Shown here in pieces: positions 1-9,153 of a stretch of 64,000 nucleotides of DNA. The notes under the pieces were generated by a model, which saw only the letters and a program-made list of their open reading frames with translations, was not told where the DNA came from and made no database searches. Each line of letters opens with the position of its first letter. Within the stretch, counting starts at the first letter, position 1. The translations under genes were made by a program, and so were the position numbers. The stretch comes from Hydrurus foetidus (Eukaryota), in contig UYFQ01000011.1 of the NCBI GenBank assembly GCA_900617105.1, positions 1 through 64,000 of the forward strand, read 5' to 3'.

Positions 1-891
1 GCCAGCAGGCAGGTTCTTGAGCGCATCGGCACCGGGCAGGCCACGGATGTCGCTGGCGTTGGCACGCAGGGTTTGCTTGCTGTCCGGGGTTTGGCCGTTG
101 GTCGACACCACGGTCACGTTTTCGGGCAAGAACGCGGCAGAAATCGCCACCGCTGCATCAAGCAAACCACCGGGGTCGTTGCGCAAATCAAGTACCAAGC
201 CTTTGAGGTTGGGCTCTTGCTTGTAGATTTCTTCCATCTTGCGGGTGAAGTCGTCCACCGTGCGCTCTTGAAATTGCGACAGGCGAATCCACGCATAGCC
301 TGGCTCCATCACCTTACCGCGCACCGATTGGGTACGGATTTCTTCGCGGGTGATGGTGACGGGGAAGGTGCGGCTTTCTTCCTTGCGGAAGATGGTCAGC
401 AGCACCTTGGTATTGGGCTCGCCGCGCATCTTTTTCACGGCATCGTTCAAAGGCAAGCCCTTGACCATCGTGTCGTCGATTTTCGTGATCAAGTCGCCCG
501 GCTTCAAACCGGCACGGAAAGCAGGCGAGCCCTCAATCGGCGAAACCACCTTGACCAAGCCGTCTTCTTGGGTGATCTCGATGCCGACACCGACAAAGCG
601 ACCCGACGTGCCTTCGCGGAATTCTTTGAATGATTTTTTATCGAAATACTGCGAATGCGGATCCAAACTGGCCACCATGCCAGAGATGGCATCGGTAATC
701 AGCTTTTTCTCGTCCACGGGTTCGACGTAATCGCTCTTCACCATGCCGAAGACGGCAGCGAGCTGTTGCAGCTCTTCGAGCGGCAAAGGGGCAAGCGCAC
801 CGCGCGCCACCGTTTGCAAGGACACCGTCGTTAAAGCGCCTGCGATGGCACCGACAGCAATCCAACCCGTAATTTTAAGTTTCTGACCCAT
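1..891 (-). CDS. ctpA: S41 family carboxyl-terminal processing protease with PDZ domain; 3' end outside window
   Basis: Manual translation from ATG 891: MGQKLKITGWIAVGAIAGALTTVSL...KSDYVEPVDEKKLITDAISGMVASLDPHSQY...FVGVGIEI...VVSPIEGSPAFRAG; usual neighbour of gpmA. Confidence 0.88.
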   Translation of the reverse strand, partial: MGQKLKITGWIAVGAIAGALTTVSLQTVARGALAPLPLEELQQLAAVFGMVKSDYVEPVDEKKLITDAISGMVASLDPHSQYFDKKSFKEFREGTSGRFVGVGIEITQEDGLVKVVSPIEGSPAFRAGLKPGDLITKIDDTMVKGLPLNDAVKKMRGEPNTKVLLTIFRKEESRTFPVTITREEIRTQSVRGKVMEPGYAWIRLSQFQERTVDDFTRKMEEIYKQEPNLKGLVLDLRNDPGGLLDAAVAISAAFLPENVTVVSTNGQTPDSKQTLRANASDIRGLPGADALKNLPAG

Positions 892-1036
892 GTTGTATGC
901 ACCTTAGCCGTTCAATATACACCTTGGAACCCAGCGGCTCGCAAGGGTTCACAAGAAGGCTGCTTTCTTTACGGCCTATTTACAGCCTGATTGCAAAGGG
1001 GCAGTTTGAGCCGTGATTTTCAGCTTTTCACGCCGT

Positions 1037-1780
1037 TCAGGCTTTGCCTTGGGTGGCAACCGCAGCCGCCGCTTTGGCCGCAGCCTCAGCATCGCCCAAA
1101 TAGTAGTGGCGGATGGGCTTCAAGTCTGCGTCCAGCTCGTACACCAGCGGAATGCCGTTGGGGATGTTGACGCCCACGATGTCATCGTCAGAAATCTCGT
1201 CCAAGTACTTGATGAGGGCACGGATGGAATTGCCATGCGCGGCTACGATGATGCGTTTGCCCGCCCGGATGGCCGGTGCCATCGCTTCATTCCAGAAGGG
1301 CAGCACGCGCTCCACGGTGTCTTTCAGGCATTCGGTCAGCGGCACTTGGTCGGCGTTCAGCTTGGCATAGCGCAGATCGCCACGCTCGCTGCGCTCGTCG
1401 CCGGCTTCCAATGCAGGCGGTGGCGTGTCATAGCTGCGGCGCCACACCAGTACCTGCGCGTCGCCGTATTGCTTGGCGGTTTCAGCCTTGTTCAGCCCTT
1501 GCAGCGCACCGTAATGGCGCTCGTTCAAGCGCCAGCTGTGGGCCACGGGCAAATACGTGCGGTCCATTGCGTCCAGGCAGTGCCACAGCGTGCGAGTGGC
1601 GCGCTTGAGCACGCTGGTGTAGGCCAGATCAAACTCATAGCCACCGGCTTTGAGCAACTGCCCAGCTTGGGTGGCCTGGGCCACGCCCGTTTCGGTCAAA
1701 TCCACATCCGTCCAACCCGTGAAGCGGTTTTCGAGATTCCAAGTCGATTCGCCGTGGCGAACGAGAACTAGCTTGTACAT
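1037..1780 (-). CDS. gpmA: 2,3-bisphosphoglycerate-dependent phosphoglycerate mutase
   Basis: [36 protein letters not shown] motifs. Confidence 0.97.
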   Translation of the reverse strand: MYKLVLVRHGESTWNLENRFTGWTDVDLTETGVAQATQAGQLLKAGGYEFDLAYTSVLKRATRTLWHCLDAMDRTYLPVAHSWRLNERHYGALQGLNKAETAKQYGDAQVLVWRRSYDTPPPALEAGDERSERGDLRYAKLNADQVPLTECLKDTVERVLPFWNEAMAPAIRAGKRIIVAAHGNSIRALIKYLDEISDDDIVGVNIPNGIPLVYELDADLKPIRHYYLGDAEAAAKAAAAVATQGKA

Positions 1781-1881
1781 GGCGCAAAACCCTGTGAAAA
1801 GAGAAAAAAGAGGCCATCAAAATAACCTGTAGCCCATGATTCTAAAATGCGGTTTACGTGAAGTAACCAACAAGGAACAAA

Positions 1882-2289
1882 GTGAAATTTATTATCGACA
1901 ACTGGTATCTGATTGCGATTGCTGCGGCCTCTGGCGGCCTGCTGCTGTGGCCCGTGCTGCAGGGTGCGACCCTCGCCGGGATTGCGCCCACCGCGGCCAT
2001 TCAGTTGATCAACCGCGAAAAAGCCGTGGTGATTGACGTGTGCGAACCCGGCGAATTCGCGCTGGCCCATGTGAACGGCTCGAAAAACATTCCGATGGCC
2101 GATTTTGAGAAGCGCCTGCCTGAAGTCGTCAAAAACAAAACCCTGCCCGTGATCTTGGTCTGCACCTCAGGCCTTCGCGCCACCAAAGCGATTGCCATGG
2201 CCCAAAAACTGGGCTACGAACAAGCCCAAGCCCTGGGTGGCGGCTTGCGTGCATGGCGCGAAGCCAACCTCCCTCTCGAAAAGGCCTGA
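1882..2289 (+). CDS. Rhodanese-like domain membrane protein (YibN-like)
   Basis: N-terminal TM helix, IDVCEPGEF, VCTSGLRA, LGGGLRAW; precedes grxC-secB-gpsA. Confidence 0.88.
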   Translation: MKFIIDNWYLIAIAAASGGLLLWPVLQGATLAGIAPTAAIQLINREKAVVIDVCEPGEFALAHVNGSKNIPMADFEKRLPEVVKNKTLPVILVCTSGLRATKAIAMAQKLGYEQAQALGGGLRAWREANLPLEKA

Positions 2290-2295
2290 TCCCGT

Positions 2296-2568
2296 ATGAC
2301 CACGATGCAAGCTGTCAAGATGTACACCTCCACGTACTGCCCTTATTGCAGCCGTGCCAAGCAACTGCTCACCGCACGCGGCGTCAGTGGCATCCAGGAG
2401 ATCAACATCGAAGACTCACCCGCAGAACGCGCCACAATGATGGAAGTGACCGGGCGCCGTACGGTACCGCAAATTTTCATTGGCCAAACCCATGTGGGTG
2501 GCTGTGACGATCTGATGGCGCTGGACGGCCGTGGTGAGTTGCTACCTTTGCTTGTCACCGCAGCCTGA
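2296..2568 (+). CDS. grxC: Glutaredoxin 3
   Basis: CPYC, TVPQIFIG, GGCDDL. Confidence 0.95.
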   Translation: MTTMQAVKMYTSTYCPYCSRAKQLLTARGVSGIQEINIEDSPAERATMMEVTGRRTVPQIFIGQTHVGGCDDLMALDGRGELLPLLVTAA

Positions 2569-2655
2569 CATAATCGCCCCCGTTGCGAATTTGCTTCGTA
2601 AGCCCGTTTGGCACCCCGCCAACGGGCTTTGTGTTTATCTAGAGAGACTATTGCC

Positions 2656-3111
2656 ATGGCAGACCAAGATCCCGTTTTCCAGATTCAGCGCGTATACCTC
2701 AAAGAGGCTTCGCTGGAGCAACCCAACTCCCCCGGCATCCTGCTGGAGCAAGAGCAGCCGTCCGTAGACATTCAGCTCGGAGTGGAAGCCGCGCCCGTGG
2801 CCGAAGGTGTGTACGAGGTGTGCGTGACCGCCACCGTGACCACCAAAGTCCAGGACAAGACGGTGTTTCTGGTCGAAGCCAAGCAGGCCGGTATTTTTGA
2901 AATCCGCAACCTCGCACCTGAGCAACTGAGCCAGATCATGGGTATTGCCTGCCCACAAATCGTGTACCCCTACCTGCGCGGCAACGTGGCCGACCTGATC
3001 CAGCGCGGCGGCTTCCCGCCCGTGCATCTGTCGGAAATCAACTTCCAGGCCATGTACGAGCAGCAGCAGGCGGATTCCGCCGGCGCGCCCGCAGGCAGCC
3101 TGCCCCAGTAA
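2656..3111 (+). CDS. secB: Protein-export chaperone SecB
   Basis: [42 protein letters not shown]; start moved to ATG 2656. Confidence 0.95.
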   Translation: MADQDPVFQIQRVYLKEASLEQPNSPGILLEQEQPSVDIQLGVEAAPVAEGVYEVCVTATVTTKVQDKTVFLVEAKQAGIFEIRNLAPEQLSQIMGIACPQIVYPYLRGNVADLIQRGGFPPVHLSEINFQAMYEQQQADSAGAPAGSLPQ

Positions 3112-3133
3112 CGCCAAGGTTAGAGGTCTTTTA

Positions 3134-3182
3134 GGTCTCTAGCCCGCGTAGATATTGCGCGAGCAGCTATGAAAATCATAGT
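3134..3182 (+). repeat. Dispersed repeat family A, copy 1 (contains gpsA start codon)
   Basis: GGTCTCTAGCCCGCGTAGATATTGCGCGAGCAGCTATGAAAATCATAGT; aligns with seven other copies. Confidence 0.8.
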
Positions 3183-4185
3183 ACTTGGAGCTGGGGCCTG
3201 GGGTACAGCGTTGGCTGCCAGCGCTGCTGCCAACCCGCAGGCCGGCCACGCCGTGACCTTGTGGGCGCGCGACACGGCTCTGTTGCAGGGCATGGTCCAG
3301 GCGCGGGTCAACCAGCGCTACCTGCCTGGCCACCCCTTGCCTGACAGCCTGTCTCTCAGCAGCCAGCCGTTGTCAGTTGTGGTGGCCGGTCTGTCGGCCT
3401 ACGACATGGTGGTCGTGGCCACGCCCATGGTCGGCTTGCGCGACATGCTTACCCAATTGGCCGGTGCCACGGTGCCGATGGCTTGGCTCTGCAAAGGTTT
3501 TGAAGCCTCGGTGCAGGGCCAGTTTGGCCTGATGGGCCATGAGGTGCAGGCCCAGGTGGCGCCGAAGGTGCGGGCGGGCGTGCTCAGTGGCCCCAGCTTT
3601 GCCCAGGAAGTGGCCGCTGGCCACCCCACGGCACTGGTGGCCGCCAGCGCGCATGTCGAGGTGCGTGACGCCTTGGTCGCAGCGTTTCATAGCCCCTCTT
3701 TGCGCGTGTATGCCAACGACGACGTGGTTGGCGTGGAAGTGGGCGGTGCCGTGAAAAACGTGCTGGCCATTGCCACGGGCCTGTGCGACGGCCTGCATCT
3801 GGGCCTGAATGCGCGGGCCGCGCTGATCACGCGGGGTTTGGCCGAAATCTCGCGTCTGGGGCTGGCGCTGGGCGCCAAGGCCGACACCTTCATGGGCCTC
3901 AGTGGTTTGGGCGACCTGGTGTTGACGGCCACGGGCGACCTGTCGCGCAACCGCAAGGTCGGGCTGGCTTTGGCCCAAGGCCAAAGCTTGGCGGATGCGG
4001 TCAATGAATTGGGCCATGTGGCCGAGGGCGTGTACAGCGCCCGTACGGTGCTGCAACGCGCGCAGCACCTGGGGGTGCCGATGCCCATCACCCGCTGCGT
4101 GGTGGATTTGCTGGACGGCAAGTTGCAACCGGCCCAAGCCGTGGCTGCGTTGATGGGCCGCGGGCCAGCGACCGAAGGCGCCTGA
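3169..4185 (+). CDS. gpsA: NAD(P)H-dependent glycerol-3-phosphate dehydrogenase
   Basis: [44 protein letters not shown]. Confidence 0.96.
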   Translation: MKIIVLGAGAWGTALAASAAANPQAGHAVTLWARDTALLQGMVQARVNQRYLPGHPLPDSLSLSSQPLSVVVAGLSAYDMVVVATPMVGLRDMLTQLAGATVPMAWLCKGFEASVQGQFGLMGHEVQAQVAPKVRAGVLSGPSFAQEVAAGHPTALVAASAHVEVRDALVAAFHSPSLRVYANDDVVGVEVGGAVKNVLAIATGLCDGLHLGLNARAALITRGLAEISRLGLALGAKADTFMGLSGLGDLVLTATGDLSRNRKVGLALAQGQSLADAVNELGHVAEGVYSARTVLQRAQHLGVPMPITRCVVDLLDGKLQPAQAVAALMGRGPATEGA

Positions 4186-4200
4186 GCCCGCTGCGTTGCC

Positions 4201-6789
4201 TCAGGACTGGCTAGCCTTTACCTTGGCCGCAATGTGGGCCATGGCTTCTTCCACCTGGTCCACCAGCACCAGGCACAGTTCACCGGGTTTCAGCTGGTCC
4301 ATGGCGGTGTCAATCGCCAGAAACTCGCCAAACACTTCAGAACGTTTGACCGTGCGCTTGGCGTTGACCAGGCCTTCGCGCAGCAGGGCGATCACTTCGC
4401 CATCTTTGCGGCCGCGCTGGCATTGGTCTTCAAACATCACCACTTCGTCAAAGGCATTCCCCAGGATTTCGGTTTGCTGGCGGATGTCCTGGTCGCGCCG
4501 GTCGCCCGCACCGCTGATAACCACCGCGCGGCGCGTGGCCGGCATGGCCTGCACCGCCTGCACCAGCGCCAGCATGGCGTCGGGGTTGTGGCCGTAGTCG
4601 GCAATCACGGTGGCACCGCGGTAGTTGAATAGGTTGAAGCGACCCGCCGCGTTGTGGCTGTCGTTGGAGAAGTTGGCTAGGCCTTGGCGGATGGTCGCCC
4701 AGCCCTGGCCCAGCGCCCAGGCTGCGGCCACGCTGGCCATCACGTTGTCCACCTGAAAGCCAATGGCACCGCCCAGGGTGATGGGCACATCGGCCAGGGG
4801 AATGGCTTGCAGCATGTCGCCTTTGGCGGCAATCAGGTGACCGCCTTCCACAAACACCACCGCGTGGCCCTGGGCGCGGTGGGTGGCCATGACCGGGTGG
4901 TTTTTGTCTGCTGTGAAGAAGGTGACGGAGCCCTTGCACTTGGCAGCCATGGCCGCCACGATGGGGTCGGCCGCGTTGAGTACCGCAGTGCCCGTGGGCG
5001 CCACGTTTTGCACGATGACGCGCTTGAGCACGGCCAGTTCGTTCACCGTGGTGATGTAGTTCAGGCCCAGATGGTCGCCGCTGCCCACGTTGGTGACTAC
5101 TGCCACATCGCAGCGGTCAAAGGCCAGACCTTCGCGCAGTACACCGCCGCGCGCGGTTTCCAGCACAGCAGCATCCACGTCGGGGTGCAGCAACACGCTG
5201 CGTGCGCTCTTGGGGCCGCTGCAGTCGCCGGTGTCTATGGTGTCGCCGTTGACGTACACACCATCGGTATTGGTCATGCCCACGCGCAGGCCACTTTGCG
5301 TCAGCAGGTGCGAGATCAGGCGCACCGTGGTGGTCTTGCCGTTCGTGCCGGTGACGGCGACGATGGGAATGCGGCCGTCCTGGCCCTTCTTGAACATGCT
5401 GGAGATGATGGCCTCGCCCACCGCGCGGCCTTTGCCAAACGAGGGCGAGAGGTGCATGCGCAGGCCCGGGGCTGCATTTACTTCCACAATGCCGCCGCCC
5501 TGGTCCTCCAGCGGTTGCAGAATGCTGTCGCTGACCACGTCCACGCCGCAAATATCCAGTCCTATCATGTGGGCCGCAGCAATGGCGCGCGCGGCCACTT
5601 CGGGGTGCACGTCGTCGGTCACATCGGTGGCTGAGCCGCCGGTGGACAGGTTGGCGTTGTTGCGCAGGTTCACGCGCTGGCCCTTGGCAGGTACAGAGTC
5701 GGCCGTCAGATCCTGGGTAGCCAGGCAGGCATGGGCAATTTCGTCAAAGCGAATCTTGGTGAGCGAGGTGGCATGGCCCGAACCGCGCTTGGGGTCCAAG
5801 TTGACCTGCTCCACCAGCTGCGCAATGGTGTGTACGCCATCACCCAATACTTTGGGTGGGTCGCGGCGGGCGGCGGCCACCAGCTTGTCGCCCACCACCA
5901 GCAGGCGGAAGTCGTTGCCGGGCATGAAGCGTTCAACCAGGATGTCGTCGCGGAACTCGCGTGCGGTGAGGTAGGCCTTGCGCAGTTGCGCTTCGCTGGT
6001 GATATTCACCGTCACGCCCTTGCCCTGGTTGCCATCGTTGGGTTTCACCACCACCGGCAGGCCAATCTCCTGTGCGGCCTTCCAGGCGTCGTCGGCGTCA
6101 GTCACCGCACGCCCACCTGGTACGGGCACGCCCGCAGCGGCAAGCAGCTTTTTCGTGAGTTCCTTGTCTTGCGCAATGGCTTCGGCAATGGCGCTGGTGG
6201 CGTCCATTTCCGCCGCCTGGATGCGGCGCTGCTTGCTGCCCCAGCCCAGGCGCACCATGCTGCCTGCGGTCATGCGGCTGTAGGGAATGCCACGGGCCAC
6301 GGCGGCGTCCACGATGGAGCCGGTGCTGGGGCCCAGGCGCACGTCTTCGTCCAGCTCGCGCAGCTGATCCAGCGCAGCGCGCAGGTCAAACGGGGTGTCT
6401 TCCAGTGCGGCCTGGCATAGCTGCTGGGCCAGCGCCATGGCCAGCTTGCCGACTTCTTCTTCGCTGTACTCCACCACCACCTGATAAATGCAGGCTTCCA
6501 GCGTGGGGGTCGTGCAGCTGAAGGTGACCGGGCAGCCTGCCTGCGCCTGCAAGCCCAGGGCAGCCAGCTCCAGTACGCGGGCCATGGGGATGTGGTCGTC
6601 ATGCCCGGTGGGCTGGAAGGGGCTGATCTCGGGAAAGCGCGCGCGCAGGCGAACTTCGAATCCGGCTAGGTTGCTGATCGAACATTCCTCGGGGCGGCAT
6701 TGCACCACCGACTGGATGGCCGTGTGGTGGCTCCACAGATTGGGGCCGCGCAGCGCGCGGATGCGGGTTACTTCCATGGCTTCACTCAT
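4201..6789 (-). CDS. cphA: Cyanophycin synthetase, full length (N domain, ATP-grasp, Mur-ligase-like)
   Basis: LRGPNLWS, LGPSTGSIV, VKPNDGNQGKGV, EVNAAPGLRMH, P-loop GTNGKTTT, ADYGHNP. Confidence 0.95.
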   Translation of the reverse strand: MSEAMEVTRIRALRGPNLWSHHTAIQSVVQCRPEECSISNLAGFEVRLRARFPEISPFQPTGHDDHIPMARVLELAALGLQAQAGCPVTFSCTTPTLEACIYQVVVEYSEEEVGKLAMALAQQLCQAALEDTPFDLRAALDQLRELDEDVRLGPSTGSIVDAAVARGIPYSRMTAGSMVRLGWGSKQRRIQAAEMDATSAIAEAIAQDKELTKKLLAAAGVPVPGGRAVTDADDAWKAAQEIGLPVVVKPNDGNQGKGVTVNITSEAQLRKAYLTAREFRDDILVERFMPGNDFRLLVVGDKLVAAARRDPPKVLGDGVHTIAQLVEQVNLDPKRGSGHATSLTKIRFDEIAHACLATQDLTADSVPAKGQRVNLRNNANLSTGGSATDVTDDVHPEVAARAIAAAHMIGLDICGVDVVSDSILQPLEDQGGGIVEVNAAPGLRMHLSPSFGKGRAVGEAIISSMFKKGQDGRIPIVAVTGTNGKTTTVRLISHLLTQSGLRVGMTNTDGVYVNGDTIDTGDCSGPKSARSVLLHPDVDAAVLETARGGVLREGLAFDRCDVAVVTNVGSGDHLGLNYITTVNELAVLKRVIVQNVAPTGTAVLNAADPIVAAMAAKCKGSVTFFTADKNHPVMATHRAQGHAVVFVEGGHLIAAKGDMLQAIPLADVPITLGGAIGFQVDNVMASVAAAWALGQGWATIRQGLANFSNDSHNAAGRFNLFNYRGATVIADYGHNPDAMLALVQAVQAMPATRRAVVISGAGDRRDQDIRQQTEILGNAFDEVVMFEDQCQRGRKDGEVIALLREGLVNAKRTVKRSEVFGEFLAIDTAMDQLKPGELCLVLVDQVEEAMAHIAAKVKASQS

Positions 6790-6795
6790 TCACTC

Positions 6796-8970
6796 TCAGT
6801 AGGGGGTTTTCTTGGGGTTGGAGTCGAAGGTGCGCAAGCCTGCGCCGATCAACTCCACGGGGATGTTCAGTGCCCAGGCTGCGGCGATGGCGGCCATCAC
6901 CATCTCGGGTTGGGCCGCCTTGGCGGGTTTGAGCGAGGACAGGGGCAGCAGGGCGATTTCGTCGGTGCCTTGGGCCAGCACAATTTCGCCGTTGCGCAGG
7001 AAGACCACGCGTTCGCCAGCGGCCTGGTGCGCGGCCAGCGCGGGTTGTGCGGCGTCGGACGCATAAAAAATGACCTTGCCGTCGCACAACTCGGCCATCT
7101 CTACCACCTGCGGATCGCTGGCGTTGAGCACGGCCGTGCCGCTGGGCAGAATCACGTCCACCTGGGTGCGAGCCACCTTGAAGGTCTGCTCGGCATCCAG
7201 AATGTCAAAGTCTTTGAGCGCGGGCGTCCATTTGGCGTCGGTGACCACGCCTACGGCGCATTTGTCGTAGGCCAGGCCTTCGCCCAGAATCATCTGGCTG
7301 CTGTTCTCGAACACGGCGGCCTGCACCGAGCGGTTGATCAGCAGGCGTTGGCTGGGTTCCCAGTGGGCGCAGTCGGTGGCCAGCACCTGGCGGCCATCGA
7401 GGTACAGACCTTCGCTGCAGGCCAGGCCCACATGCTTGCCGCTGATGTGCACCAGCCAGGCCACCAAGCGCGCCAGGCGGCCGGTGTTTTGCGTGCCGGT
7501 GATGCCGACCACGGGAATGCGGCCGTCGGCCTCGGGGGCGAACAAATGCGCCACGATGGCATTGCCCACCGGGCGGCTGTGGCCCTCCGCGGGTCTAATG
7601 TGGGCCAGCAGGCCGGGGCTTGCGTTGACTTCGATCACCGCACCTTGCTGGCTCTTCATGGGCTTGGAAATGTCTTCCAGCACCATGTCCACTCCGGCAA
7701 TGTCCAGGCCCACCACGCGGGCGGCTAAGGCGGCAGTGGCCGCTACGCTGGGGTGCATCAGGTCGGTCACGTCGCAGGCCACATTGCCATTGCGCTGGAT
7801 CAGCACGCGCTGGTCTTTGGCGGGAATGGACTCAGCGGTCATACCCACGCGTTCCAGTTCCAGAATGACCTCAGCACTGTTGCTGGGTACTACCAGGTTC
7901 AGCGGCGCGTCTTCTGTGGTGCCACGTCGCGGGTCGCTGTTGATCTGCAGGTCTGCCAATGCATTGATGGTGGACACGCCATCTCCCACCACCCAGACGG
8001 CCTCGCCCTTGGCGGCCGCTACCACCCGTTTGCCTACTACCAGCAGGCGGTGTTCGTTGCCCGCAATAAATTTTTCCACAATGACACTGCCACCGCCTTT
8101 GCGGTGGGCCAGGACGTAGGCTGCGTGCACATCGCTTTCGGTATGCAAGTCCAGCGAGACACCGCGTCCGTGGTTGCCGTCATAAGGTTTTATGGCCACC
8201 GGCACGCCGATGTCCTGGGCGGCGGCCCACGCTTCCTCGGCGCTTTTGACCAATTGGCCTTCGGGTACGGGCACTCCGCAGGACTGCAGCAGCGCCTTGG
8301 TCAGGTCTTTGTCACCGGCAATTTCTTCGGCGATCGCCGAGGTCTGGTCCGTTTCCGCTGTCCAGATACGGCGTTGGCCAATGCCATAGCCCAGTTGCAC
8401 CAGATTGCCTTCCGTCAGGCGAATGGAGGGAATGCGCCGGTCGGTGGCAGCATCCACGATGTGCGAGGTGCTGGGGCCCAGGCACAATGAATCGACCATG
8501 TCCCGCAAGCCGCTCACGGTGGCACCGAGGTCATACGGCGTGTCGTTGATGGCGGCCATGACCAGGTCACGTCCGGCCACCAATGCAGTGCGCCCCACCT
8601 GTTCCTGGCGCGTACGAAAAGCGATTTTGTAAATCCCCCGTTCAGAAGTCTGTCGGGCCTTGCCAAAGCCTGTGCGCATGCCTGCGAGATTTTGCAATTC
8701 CAGGGTGACGTGCTCCAGAATGTGGGCAGCCCAGGTGCCTTCGCGCAAGCGCTGCAAAAATCCACCTCGCACGCCGGGGCTACAGTGGTGCTCTATGAGC
8801 CCAGGCAGCCAGGCGGTCAAGCGGTCATAAAAGCCGGGCAGGGTGTCTGAGGGATGGTCTTCCAGTTCGCCGATGTCTACCCAGGCTTCTATGACAGGCC
8901 GATAGGTCCAGATATTGGGCCCGCGCAGATGCGTGACCCGCAAAATTTCGATGTTTTTCTTTGCTTGCAT
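6796..8970 (-). CDS. cphA: Cyanophycin synthetase paralogue (724 aa) with degenerate, truncated Mur-ligase module
   Basis: LRGPNIW, HILEHVTLELQ, KPYDGNHGRGV, EVNASPGL; P-loop replaced by GTQNTGR; start at ATG 8970 (MQAKKNIE). Confidence 0.9.
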   Translation of the reverse strand: MQAKKNIEILRVTHLRGPNIWTYRPVIEAWVDIGELEDHPSDTLPGFYDRLTAWLPGLIEHHCSPGVRGGFLQRLREGTWAAHILEHVTLELQNLAGMRTGFGKARQTSERGIYKIAFRTRQEQVGRTALVAGRDLVMAAINDTPYDLGATVSGLRDMVDSLCLGPSTSHIVDAATDRRIPSIRLTEGNLVQLGYGIGQRRIWTAETDQTSAIAEEIAGDKDLTKALLQSCGVPVPEGQLVKSAEEAWAAAQDIGVPVAIKPYDGNHGRGVSLDLHTESDVHAAYVLAHRKGGGSVIVEKFIAGNEHRLLVVGKRVVAAAKGEAVWVVGDGVSTINALADLQINSDPRRGTTEDAPLNLVVPSNSAEVILELERVGMTAESIPAKDQRVLIQRNGNVACDVTDLMHPSVAATAALAARVVGLDIAGVDMVLEDISKPMKSQQGAVIEVNASPGLLAHIRPAEGHSRPVGNAIVAHLFAPEADGRIPVVGITGTQNTGRLARLVAWLVHISGKHVGLACSEGLYLDGRQVLATDCAHWEPSQRLLINRSVQAAVFENSSQMILGEGLAYDKCAVGVVTDAKWTPALKDFDILDAEQTFKVARTQVDVILPSGTAVLNASDPQVVEMAELCDGKVIFYASDAAQPALAAHQAAGERVVFLRNGEIVLAQGTDEIALLPLSSLKPAKAAQPEMVMAAIAAAWALNIPVELIGAGLRTFDSNPKKTPY

Positions 8971-9153
8971 GGCTTGTTGTGGCTGAGGCGGTCCACCATT
9001 GTTGCGCTGTGTGCGTTGTGTATTCTCGCTCACCCGGAACGCCGGGGGCTGGCTCCGGGGGACCGGACGTAACATCGCGGAGTCCGCTGGCTGAGCGCTG
9101 GTGCGCCTTTCTTGCCCCAAAAAAAACAGATTCTTCACAAATTGCCGTTCCAA

